Origin: Deltaproteobacteria bacterium
Lineage (GTDB): Bacteria; Desulfobacterota; Desulfomonilia; Desulfomonilales; Desulfomonilaceae
Length of the DNA stretch: 41,239 nucleotides
Reading direction: 5' to 3'
Assembly: GCA_037380965.1 (NCBI GenBank)
Contig: JARRRG010000003.1
Coordinates: 1-41,239 of the forward strand
Shown here: positions 17,223-26,080 of the stretch, in pieces
Layout of the letters: every line of letters starts with the position of its first letter
Position numbering within the stretch: position 1 is the stretch's first letter
Notes under the pieces: generated by a model
What the model saw: the letters and a program-made list of their open reading frames with translations, nothing else
Told to the model about the DNA's origin: nothing
Databases searched by the model: none
Position numbers and translations under genes: made by a program

Positions 17223-18470
17223 GTGGATGTCCACCTTCCAGCCATGGGATTTCACATGAAAGCTGTCGAAGACAACCCGGACGGGGTCAGCCGGGCTGAT
17301 ATTGTCGTAGGTATCCCTTCGTACAACGAAGCCCATTCGATATCAATTCCCACGCAACAGTCCGATCGAGGCCTGTCTAAATACTTTACCGATCGATCGG
17401 CCGTCAGAATCAACTGTGACAACAACTCTCCCGACGGTACTCGCAACGCGTTCATGGAGACCCCCACCGACAATCCGAAGATCTATATCTCAACCCCGGA
17501 AGGGGTAAAGGGCAAGGGAAATAACCTCAGGAATCTTTTTGAAAAGGTCGTGGAGCTTTCCGCTGAGGCCGTGCTCGTGGTTGACGCGGATGTGGAAAGC
17601 ATATCGCCGCAGTGGATACGCAATCTTTGCGACCCTCTCTTCGAGAATTTTCAGTTTGTCACCCCGCTGTATGTCCGTCACAAGTATGACCGCATGATAG
17701 CCAACCATGTTGCCTATCCACTGACTCGCGCCCTGTACGGACGCCGGGTGCGACAGCCGATCGGAGGGGAATTCGGTTTTTCCGGGGAGCTGGCCCGGAC
17801 GTACCTGGAATCTGACTCATGGACAGAGGAGGTTGAAAATTTTGGCATTGACATCTGGATGACGAGCATTGCCATGATTAGCCGGGTTCAAGTGATTCAA
17901 TCCTTCCTTGGGCGGCCGAAGATTCACCACCTCGCGGACCAGGAGGCCGGTCCGATTCCTCTTTTCAACGATGTGGTGGGTACAATATTCGGCCTGATGT
18001 GCCGTTACGAGAATTTCTGGAGAGAAGTGAAATGGAGCCGCCCCACCGCGGTGTACGGCTTCGGCACGGAGCTGGAGGTTCCCCCTCCGGTCCACGTTGA
18101 CCTGGACAGCGCCTGGGAGCGCTTCCGGTCGGGCATAAGCACGCACTGGCCACTGTACTGTGAGTTCCTGCATTCCGAGGTAAGCGCCAAGCTCGAGGAA
18201 GTTGCGGGACTGACCCGGGAGACCTTCGAGTTTCCAGCCGCGCTCTGGGCGAAAGTGCTCTACGATTTCGCATGGGCTTACAAGAAACGTATAGCGCCTG
18301 AGGATGTGTTGCTTTCGAGCCTCATCCCCCTGTACCATGGCAAGACGCTCTCCTTTGTGCTCGAGACAGAGGCGATGAACACGCAACAGGTTGAGGAAAT
18401 GATAGAGGATCAGTGCCTCCAGTTTGAAAAAGCAAAACCCTACCTCATGGAACGATGGTTCTCGGAATGA
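17223..18470 (+). CDS. GT-A fold glycosyltransferase (family 2-like; resembles glucosylglycerate / glycosyl-glycerate synthase-type enzymes)
   Basis: 415 aa. IVVGIPSYNEA, NNSPDGT, GKGNNLRN, DxD-type VVDADVESI, RQPIGGEFGFS. The start is uncertain: GTG 17223, ATG 17244 or ATG 17256. The subfamily call is from memory of the motif pattern only. Confidence 0.7.
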   Translation: MDVHLPAMGFHMKAVEDNPDGVSRADIVVGIPSYNEAHSISIPTQQSDRGLSKYFTDRSAVRINCDNNSPDGTRNAFMETPTDNPKIYISTPEGVKGKGNNLRNLFEKVVELSAEAVLVVDADVESISPQWIRNLCDPLFENFQFVTPLYVRHKYDRMIANHVAYPLTRALYGRRVRQPIGGEFGFSGELARTYLESDSWTEEVENFGIDIWMTSIAMISRVQVIQSFLGRPKIHHLADQEAGPIPLFNDVVGTIFGLMCRYENFWREVKWSRPTAVYGFGTELEVPPPVHVDLDSAWERFRSGISTHWPLYCEFLHSEVSAKLEEVAGLTRETFEFPAALWAKVLYDFAWAYKKRIAPEDVLLSSLIPLYHGKTLSFVLETEAMNTQQVEEMIEDQCLQFEKAKPYLMERWFSE

Positions 18471-18511
18471 TCGTGCCTATCTTCCTCGACCGCGCATCAA
18501 AGGAGTGAGAG

Positions 18512-18883
18512 ATGCCCAAAATTTTGATTGTAGACGATGAAGAAGGAATCCGGATGCTATACTCCATGGAATTGGAGGACGAAGGTTACGAAGTGGTCAC
18601 GCTGCCGGATGGCAAAGATTTGTTGCAAGTTATCCGGAAGGAGAAACCGGATTGCCTCGTCCTCGATATCAAGATGCGGGAGTATAACGGGCTTGATCTG
18701 CTCCAGGAGGTCCGGAAGAAGCATTATGACCTGCCGGTTATTCTCAATTCGGCCTACTCCAGCTTTAAGGTCGATCTCAAAGCCGTGGCCGCCGATTACT
18801 ACGTGGTGAAAAGTTCCGATCTCAGCGAGCTAAAAGCCAAGCTCAAGGTCGTGCTCGAGACGCGCATCCCGCCGGAACAATAA
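18512..18883 (+). CDS. Single-domain CheY-like response regulator
   Basis: 123 aa. ILIVDDEEG, LVLDIKMREYNGLD, NSAYSS, and a conserved K in YVVKS. SD GGAGTGAGAG lies upstream of the ATG at 18512. Confidence 0.88.
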   Translation: MPKILIVDDEEGIRMLYSMELEDEGYEVVTLPDGKDLLQVIRKEKPDCLVLDIKMREYNGLDLLQEVRKKHYDLPVILNSAYSSFKVDLKAVAADYYVVKSSDLSELKAKLKVVLETRIPPEQ

Positions 18884-19096
18884 GACAACTTCTCCGAGAT
18901 CGCATGCACTGCCCTGTCTCGGCGCCGTTAATCGGACACGAGGGGCACGTGGCGAGGACGTCCCCCCACGTGCGCTCAGGGAAATGAGATACGGCTTCAT
19001 GTGCGGAACCTCCCATTGTTAAATTGCTTGTCTCATGATTGAATGGACCGTGAATCTCGCGATGATGCCGGGTCCACTCGCAGGGAGGACAGACTC

Positions 19097-19789
19097 TTGA
19101 GCTTGATCCGTATGGAACGCCTGGGCAAGACGTATGATATGGGCGCCGTCAAGGTCCACGCGCTCGAAGCGATAGACCTGATCGTTGAATCCGGCGAATT
19201 CATCTCGATCATGGGTCCGTCGGGATCGGGAAAGTCGACCCTCATGAACATCCTCGGTTGCCTGGATGTCCCCAGCTCCGGGGAATACTTCCTCGATGGT
19301 CAAGACGTGTCTCAACTCTCCTGGAACCAGAGGGCGGACCTGAGGAACCGCAAGATCGGCTTTGTCTTCCAGGGCTTCAATCTTCTGCCTCGGATCGATG
19401 CCGAAAAAAATGTGGCGCTGCCCCTCATCTACGGCGGAGTGAAGACCGGAGAGCGGAGCGAAAAGGCATTGGCAGCCCTCGCATTAGTTGGATTGAGAGA
19501 TCGCGCCCGCCATCTGCCTTCAGAGCTCTCCGGCGGAGAGCAGCAACGAGTGGCAATCGCACGAGCCCTGGCGAATGATCCCGAGATCCTCCTGGCTGAC
19601 GAACCCACGGGGAACCTCGATACGCGCACGAGCTCGGAGATCATGCAGGCGTTCCGCAAGTTGAACGGGAAGCAAAAAATAACCGTGGTGCTCGTCACGC
19701 ACAATCCCGAGCTCGTCAATTTGACTGACCGAAAGATCGTGCTGCGGGACGGCCGCATGATCTCAGACTCAAATGGGAAACGGAAATGA
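19097..19789 (+). CDS. ABC transporter ATP-binding protein (MacB/LolD/DevA-type)
   Basis: Walker A GPSGSGKST, Q-loop, signature LSGGEQQRVAIARAL, Walker B ILLADEPTGNLD, H-loop VTHN. Track ORF starts at 19043. TTG 19097 lies 8 nt after GGGAGG, and ATG 19112 is an alternative. Confidence 0.9.
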   Translation: MSLIRMERLGKTYDMGAVKVHALEAIDLIVESGEFISIMGPSGSGKSTLMNILGCLDVPSSGEYFLDGQDVSQLSWNQRADLRNRKIGFVFQGFNLLPRIDAEKNVALPLIYGGVKTGERSEKALAALALVGLRDRARHLPSELSGGEQQRVAIARALANDPEILLADEPTGNLDTRTSSEIMQAFRKLNGKQKITVVLVTHNPELVNLTDRKIVLRDGRMISDSNGKRK

Positions 19790-19915
19790 GGGGTAACCGG
19801 TCCGATTTATTCTCGGCGCCTTCGTTGCCCAATATCTGTGCGCGGACGGCGAGACTGCGCGTCCTGAACTGGTCGGGTCGCGTCGAGGCCGCTACGTATC
19901 GGCCGGCAGGTTAAT

Positions 19916-21109
19916 GTGAAAAAGATTTTGCTCATCGCAGTCATCGCCGGACTTGGGATCGCTCTCTACGTTTTTCTCGGCATCGAGTCACATGAGGAGC
20001 CGGCCGCCCGGTTCATAACGGTGCCGGTGGAGAAAGGCCTGCTCAGCGCGGAGATAACCTGCACCGGTACGTTGAAGCCACTCGTCGAGGTACTGGTGGG
20101 AAGCCAGGTATCAGGGACGGTCAAGGAGCTGAACGCAGACTTTGAGTCGAGGGTCAAGAAAGGCCAACTGATCGCTCTTATCGATCCGAGACTGTTTGAA
20201 GCCAAGGTCGCGCAGGCTAAAGCCGATCTGCAGGCTGCGAAAGCCCGATTGGCCAAATCTGAGGTAACCTTTGCCGAAGAGCTGCGGGATTTGAGACGCA
20301 ACGAGGGGTTGCTTGCCAAGAAGACTATTTCCCAAAGCGAGTTTGACAAGCAAAAGACCAAAGCTGATGCCGCAGGAGCTCAAGTGGAGGCTGATAAGGC
20401 ACTCGTGGCTCAGGCTGACGCGAAGCTCCAGGAAGCTGAGCTCCAGCTTCGATACACTCACATTGTGGCCCCGGTGAACGGTGTGGTCATCTCGAGAAAC
20501 GTGGATGTGGGTCAAACCGTTGCAGCGAGTTTTCAGGCGCCGGTGATGTTTAAGATCGCCGAAGATTTGAGAACCATGCAGGTGCACACCCGCGTTGACG
20601 AGGCTGACATCGGACGCGTCAAGGTGGGGCAAACCGCGGTTTTCACGGTCCCGGCTTTCCCCGACGAATCCTTTACCGCGAAGGTGACGCAGATCCGTAA
20701 CGAACCCGTTGTCGAGCAAAATGTGGTCACCTACACCGTCGTCCTCGACGTTGACAACCGCGAGCTCAAGCTGAGACCAGGCATGACCGCGAATGTGCGG
20801 ATACTCCTCGAAGAAGTGAAAGACGCCCTGATGGTTCCGGATCAGGCGCTGCGTTTCAATCCTCGGCCCGGATCAGTGCCCGGATTGAACGAGGCCGGGC
20901 TGCCGCCTCTGAAAAAAGGAGAGAAAAGACTGTGGAAGTTGGGCCCACAGGAGACTCTCACGCCCGTGATCGTTAGGACCGGAATCGCAGGCACTGACCG
21001 GGTGCAGATCTTCTCGCAGGAGTTAAAGCGCGGCGATCGTCTCGTGGTCGCCGTTGCGAAACAGAGGAAGAAACCCAGTGTCATGCGCGGTCTCAGATTC
21101 AGGTTCTGA
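19916..21109 (+). CDS. HlyD/MacA-family periplasmic adaptor (membrane fusion) protein
   Basis: 397 aa with a GTG start. N-terminal TM segment KKILLIAVIAGLGIALYVFLGI, a lipoyl/barrel motif (GSQVSGTVKEL, IVAPVNGVVISRNVDVGQTV), and a long coiled-coil hairpin (AKVAQAKADLQAAKARLAK...LQEAELQL). Confidence 0.88.
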   Translation: MKKILLIAVIAGLGIALYVFLGIESHEEPAARFITVPVEKGLLSAEITCTGTLKPLVEVLVGSQVSGTVKELNADFESRVKKGQLIALIDPRLFEAKVAQAKADLQAAKARLAKSEVTFAEELRDLRRNEGLLAKKTISQSEFDKQKTKADAAGAQVEADKALVAQADAKLQEAELQLRYTHIVAPVNGVVISRNVDVGQTVAASFQAPVMFKIAEDLRTMQVHTRVDEADIGRVKVGQTAVFTVPAFPDESFTAKVTQIRNEPVVEQNVVTYTVVLDVDNRELKLRPGMTANVRILLEEVKDALMVPDQALRFNPRPGSVPGLNEAGLPPLKKGEKRLWKLGPQETLTPVIVRTGIAGTDRVQIFSQELKRGDRLVVAVAKQRKKPSVMRGLRFRF

Positions 21110-21497
21110 GCTGTCCCGAGCCTCGGCAATTTGTCGAATTCACTTCAAGCGGCAAGGCATCGGATCAAATTTCGCCATCCACTGTCGGCCGCGGTTCTCA
21201 CGGAAGCTCAGCTGCGATATAATCAGCCCGGAAATTGGTCCTGAGACGGGATGATCATGAGCTTCATCGGAGGCACGGAATTGAGTGCCCATCGATAATG
21301 GGATTCGGTTCATGACGCTGGATCAGTCACGGAAACAGAATTAGCGGAAAGAGCGGGTGGTCGGCGCCGGCGCTCGGCACGGGACGATGACGGACTCGGC
21401 AAAAGATTCAGCCCGTCGACGTGAGAACAGGGGCGGCGGCGCCCCGTGTTCGACCCGACTCGAGGCCACAGCCGCGATAATCCCCAGGGGGCGGCAC

Positions 21498-23288
21498 ATG
21501 ATAGAGCAGAGCTTTTATCCGGACGACGACCGCCGTACCGTGCGGCAGGTGCTCAGGAACGTCACGTACTCGACCGATCCGGCTGATCGGTACTACATGG
21601 ACGTGAATGTTCCGTGCCAGAGCGCGTGTCCTGCCGGGACCAACATCCCCGCGTATATCCGTTGCTTGTACGAGAGTCGTTACAGCCGCTCCTATGAGCT
21701 TAATCGAATAGTCAACGTTTTCCCCGGTGTCCTCGGTCGAATCTGTTCGCGTCCGTGTGAGACAAGATGTCGGCACGGGGAACCGGAGCTCGGGAAGCCG
21801 GTGAATATATGCCACATCAAGCGGGCGGCTTCAGATTTCAAGGAAAAGGGCCACGTGTACATGGAGCAGCTCCTTGCTCCGCTCGGCAAGAGAGTGTGCG
21901 TGGTGGGAGCCGGTCCCGCGGGTCTGGCCGCGGCACATGATTTGGCTCTCCTCGGATTTGAAGTTGAGATATTGGAGGCATTTGACGAGCCCGGGGGAAT
22001 GCTTAAGTACGGAATCCCCGAGTTCAGGTTGCCGCGTGACATTCTCGAGGCGGAGATCGATAGCATTATCAGGCTCGGCGTTTCGCTGAAGACGGGGGTC
22101 AGGGTAGGAAGAGACGTACCTGTCGAAGACCTTCTGAATTCCAATGACGCGGTTCTGATAGCGGCCGGATGCTATACGACCAGGAGGCTCGATGTTCCTG
22201 GAGAGGATCTTCCCGGCGTGCATTCCGGACTCGAATTTGTCATGGATGTGAACTCGGGCCGTCCTCCCGCGCTCGGGAAGAGGGTCATGGTTCTCGGCGC
22301 GGGATTTACCGCGTTCGATTGCGCGCGGCTGGCCTTACGCCTCGGCTCGGAAGAGGTGGACATCTGCATACGGGCCACTGAAGAGGATTTGCGGGTCACA
22401 GCCGACGAAATTCTGGAGGCCAAGCGCGAGGGGGTAAAAATCAAAGCCCTGATGGTCTCGAGGAGGATCGTGGGCAACGGCAAGCTCGAGGGAGTCGAGT
22501 TCCTTCGAACCCGACTGGGAGAGCGGAGGCCCAACGGACGGCGCGCGACTCGCCCCATTGAAGGGAGCGAGTTCGTCGTGCCCGCGGACTCGGTCATCGT
22601 GGCCATCGGACAGGGCGCGGAGCCGATACCCATGCCAGGCGAAAAGGACGCCAGAGGGGTATTGCAAGCTGACCCGGAAACCTTCTGCTCTTCCACGCCC
22701 AACCTCTACGTTGCCGGCGACTTCATGACCGGGCCCACGACGGTCATCGAGGCCATCGCAGCGGGTCGTAAGGCATCGGAACGCATAGCCGAGGACCTCA
22801 CGGGCGCGAGATTCCGCGAGTGGGCGGTACGAATCGAAGACGCTGAGATGACTGACCGCGATCACTCCTGGGATTTCATACCTCGAGAGGAGATGCCTAC
22901 GGTCATGCCTGTTGGAGACCGTTTCGATCCACCCGCGCGGGAGGTGGAAATCGGCTATTCCCGCGATCAGGCATTTGAGGAGTCGAAGCGTTGTTATCTC
23001 TGCTACCTCCACTACGAGATCGATCCGGATAGATGCATCTACTGCCGCTACTGTATCGACGTGGCTCCTCGCGACTGCATCAAGCTCGTCAAAGAAGTTG
23101 TGACCAACGAGGCAGGAGCTGTTACGGGCTTTGTTGAAACGAGAAGCTGGCGGAACGTCAATGCGGTGGTCATAGATAATTCTCGCTGTATCAGGTGTGG
23201 CGCCTGTGTGCGGGTGTGCCCCGTCGACTGTATCTCGGTATCAAAGGTGGAGCTTGTCGAGCGCACGCTTCATCGGGGGAGGGACTGA
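21498..23288 (+). CDS. GltD/NfnB/SudA-type NAD(P)H-dependent flavoprotein fused to a C-terminal 2x[4Fe-4S] ferredoxin domain
   Basis: Start taken at ATG 21498 (MIEQSFYPDD), 7 nt after AGGGGG. The track start at 21357 adds an Arg/Gly-rich extension. Motifs: CQSACPAGTNIPAYI, GRICSRPCETRC, VVGAGPAGLAAA, GGMLKYGIPEFRLP, VLGAGFTAFDCA, AGDFMTGPTTVIEAIAAGR. The C-terminus carries CIYCRYCIDVAP and CIRCGACVRVCP. Confidence 0.85.
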   Translation: MIEQSFYPDDDRRTVRQVLRNVTYSTDPADRYYMDVNVPCQSACPAGTNIPAYIRCLYESRYSRSYELNRIVNVFPGVLGRICSRPCETRCRHGEPELGKPVNICHIKRAASDFKEKGHVYMEQLLAPLGKRVCVVGAGPAGLAAAHDLALLGFEVEILEAFDEPGGMLKYGIPEFRLPRDILEAEIDSIIRLGVSLKTGVRVGRDVPVEDLLNSNDAVLIAAGCYTTRRLDVPGEDLPGVHSGLEFVMDVNSGRPPALGKRVMVLGAGFTAFDCARLALRLGSEEVDICIRATEEDLRVTADEILEAKREGVKIKALMVSRRIVGNGKLEGVEFLRTRLGERRPNGRRATRPIEGSEFVVPADSVIVAIGQGAEPIPMPGEKDARGVLQADPETFCSSTPNLYVAGDFMTGPTTVIEAIAAGRKASERIAEDLTGARFREWAVRIEDAEMTDRDHSWDFIPREEMPTVMPVGDRFDPPAREVEIGYSRDQAFEESKRCYLCYLHYEIDPDRCIYCRYCIDVAPRDCIKLVKEVVTNEAGAVTGFVETRSWRNVNAVVIDNSRCIRCGACVRVCPVDCISVSKVELVERTLHRGRD

Positions 23289-24303
23289 TGACCGAAGACC
23301 ACTTCGTCATCATCGGAAACGGACCCGCGGCCAATTCGGCTGCGCTGACACTGAGAGAATGCGCACCGGACACCCGTGTCACGATGATCAGTCGGGAGCT
23401 CGTCCGCCAGTACAAGCCGAAGCTCCTCCCGGACTTTGTGGCGGGGAAGTTGTCCGAGGAAGAATTGTACGTCCGGCCTCTGGCATTCTACAAAGAGCAT
23501 GGCATCAAGTTGAGACTTGGACAGGAAGTGGTCGATGTCGATTTCGCCGCGAGGCGGGTGACGCTGGCTCACAAGGAGGTGGTCGGCTACAGCGGACTCA
23601 TCATCGCGGTCGGTGGCAAGCCCTATATACCAGCGCCTCTCCAGGTCTTTGAAGATTTCATGATGACCCTGAAGACGATCTCGGATGCACACGCGTGGAT
23701 CGAGCGGCTCTCCCGAACCGAGTCGGTTCTGATGATCGGTGGCGACCTCACATCCCTTGCATTTACCAGAGCGCTCCTCTCGCTCGGAAAGAACGTGTAC
23801 TTCATCCTTGACGAGGATTCTTTCTGGCCTCTCCGCCTGACTCGGGAGATTCGCGACCAGGTGGCTCAAAGGCTTGTCAGCAGGGGGGTCAATGTCGTCG
23901 AGTGCAGGAGGCTCAAGAGACTCGCTCGGGTTTCTGAAAAATCCGTGGAGGTGGTAACGGACACGGATCGACTGAAGGTCGGTGTGGTAGGTGCTTTTTT
24001 CGGTTTGGTTCCGGATGTAAAATTCCTTGCTCACACGGGGATTCACGTAGAACGCGGGGTGCTGGTTGACGAACATCTGAAAACTCGTTTTGACGGCGTG
24101 TACGCCGTGGGGATTGCGCTCAGGTTTACCATCCGGAGCTTCGGGATTATTGGATTTCCATCGGGTACAGTAACGCTGAAAACCTCGGGAAGGTCGCAGC
24201 GTTGAACCTTGTCGGCGGAGAGGTGGAGGCCCGGGCCGCACCGGAGAGCATCTTCCACGTCGAAGGGATAGAAGTGAATACCTCTTGGTGGTCGGAGTTC
24301 TGA
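23288..24303 (+). CDS. FAD/NAD(P)-dependent pyridine nucleotide-disulfide-type oxidoreductase (frameshifted near the 3' end as sequenced)
   Basis: ATG 23288 overlaps the previous stop (TGATG). Protein begins MTEDHFVIIGNGPAANSAALTL and includes LIIAVGGKP and VLMIGGDLTSLAFTRAL. The track frame ends at 24205 with a nonsense tail (GIALRFTIRSFG). After the G4 run at 24109..24112, the +1 frame reads GDCAQVYHPELRDYWISIGYSNAENLGKVAALNLVGGE. It stops at 24301..24303, 1 nt before korA. Confidence 0.8.
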
Positions 24304-24304
24304 C

Positions 24305-26080
24305 ATGTCCAAGGTGGATGTGACAGTAGAAGTCTGCGGGATGGCTGGTGACGGGACCATCGCTGCAGGAGGATTGCTCAATGAGGCCATGTCCGAAGGC
24401 GGCTTCTCCGTGCTCGGGTTTGACTCATATCCTGCAGAGATAAGGGGATTCGGTCGCTGTGTTACCCGTTCCCGCATCGGCACGAATGAGATCCTCGCGC
24501 TCGACGAGTGGACGCACGTGCTCATTTCTCTCGACGACGCGCAGTCGAGATCGAGAATTCCCGGACTTGCGGAGAATTCATCCGTCTTCTTCGACAACAA
24601 TCCGCCCGTGTATGTGCGGGAACGAGACTCATTGGCAGCCCGGGTGGAACCGGGGACGGCACTCTATGGAATGCCCTTGGCTGATCTGGCCGCCCGCGCC
24701 GCGGGCACGGAAAGAGGGCGAAACATGACCGCTCTTGGAGGCTTCGCCGCTGTGTTCGGCGTGCCCGAAGAGCTCTTTCATAAGGTCATCACCCGGAAGT
24801 TCCAACCCAAAGGCGCGAAAATCCTCGAGGCAAACCTCCACAGTTTTCAAGCGGGCTACGAGTATGCGCTCGAACATTTCTCGGACAGAATAAGACCGAT
24901 CTTCCGTCCCCCTGCAAAACCGGAGGGTCGGGAAAAGGTGATGCTCTCGGGAAACCTGGCAATTGGTAGAGCGGCCATTGATGCGGGATTGAAGCTCTAC
25001 TTCGGATACCCCATCACGCCCGCGACGCCGATCATGGAGTACCTCGCGGCAAAACTGCCGGAGACCGGCGGACGGCTCGTCCAGATGGAGGACGAGATCG
25101 CGTCCATCGGTGCGGTCCTCGGGAGTTTCTATGCCGGCAAGCGAGCTATGACCGCCACGTCCGGGCCGGGGTTCGCGCTCATGACGGAGCTCATCACTCA
25201 CGGAGTCATGGCGGAAATTCCCGCAGTCATACTCAATGCTCAGCGAGGAGGGCCTGCAACCGGTCTGCCCACGAAGACCGAGCAGTCAGACCTGCATGCC
25301 GCTGTCTTCGGTGGACCGGGTGATTCGTGCCGCATCGTTATTGCTCCGACGAACGTTGCGGAGTGCTACCACTACACGTTGAAAAGCTTTCAATTAGCCG
25401 AGAAGTACCAGACCCCCGTTATCGTGCTCACAGACTTCTACCTTGACAATCGGGTCGAGAATTTGTCCGTGCCACGAGCCGGGTCTGAAGAGACAGCGGA
25501 TTGGAACATCTATCCTGACGAGTCCTCGAAAGGCGATTACAAACGGTACGCCCTGACGGAGTCAGGAATATCCCCCCGTTCTATTCCCGGCGCCGATGGA
25601 TTCAGCTTCTCGGCCACCGGCCTCGAACATGTGGAAAAGGGTACTCCCAGTTACTCGCCAGAGAATCACATGCAGATGAGCGAGAAGCGTCACCGAAAGA
25701 TCCGCAACGCGCTCGCTGATCTCCCAGCGCCGATGGAGAGCTCCCCCGAAGGCGATCTGGAGGTCGGCGTCATCGGGTGGGGGTCAACAGTCGGCTCAGT
25801 CCTGGAAGCCGTCCATTCAGCCAGGGAACGGGGTCACCGGGTTGGAGCGTTAAAGATTACATCGCTTTTCCCGTTTCACGAGGGAGTGATACGTGACTTC
25901 ATGGCGAAATGCCGTGAAATCCTTATCCCGGAATTAAATTTCGAGGGACAATTGGCAAATCTTATCGGTTACTTGCACACCAAAGATGTGGTGCGGTTCA
26001 ATAGAGCAACCGGTGTTCCGATTGCCCCCTCCACCATACTCAGAGAAATTGAAGCGCTCATTCAGGCAGGTGGCAGATGA
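24305..26080 (+). CDS. korA: 2-oxoacid (2-oxoglutarate/pyruvate):ferredoxin oxidoreductase alpha subunit with fused N-terminal gamma domain
   Basis: 591 aa. Gamma-like N-terminus VEVCGMAGDGTIAAGGLL. Alpha core GNLAIGRAAIDAGLKLYFGYPITPATPIMEYL, EDEIASIGAVLGSFYAGKRAMTATSGPGFALM, RGGPATGLPTKTEQSDL. Substrate specificity is not determinable by eye. Confidence 0.85.
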   Translation: MSKVDVTVEVCGMAGDGTIAAGGLLNEAMSEGGFSVLGFDSYPAEIRGFGRCVTRSRIGTNEILALDEWTHVLISLDDAQSRSRIPGLAENSSVFFDNNPPVYVRERDSLAARVEPGTALYGMPLADLAARAAGTERGRNMTALGGFAAVFGVPEELFHKVITRKFQPKGAKILEANLHSFQAGYEYALEHFSDRIRPIFRPPAKPEGREKVMLSGNLAIGRAAIDAGLKLYFGYPITPATPIMEYLAAKLPETGGRLVQMEDEIASIGAVLGSFYAGKRAMTATSGPGFALMTELITHGVMAEIPAVILNAQRGGPATGLPTKTEQSDLHAAVFGGPGDSCRIVIAPTNVAECYHYTLKSFQLAEKYQTPVIVLTDFYLDNRVENLSVPRAGSEETADWNIYPDESSKGDYKRYALTESGISPRSIPGADGFSFSATGLEHVEKGTPSYSPENHMQMSEKRHRKIRNALADLPAPMESSPEGDLEVGVIGWGSTVGSVLEAVHSARERGHRVGALKITSLFPFHEGVIRDFMAKCREILIPELNFEGQLANLIGYLHTKDVVRFNRATGVPIAPSTILREIEALIQAGGR

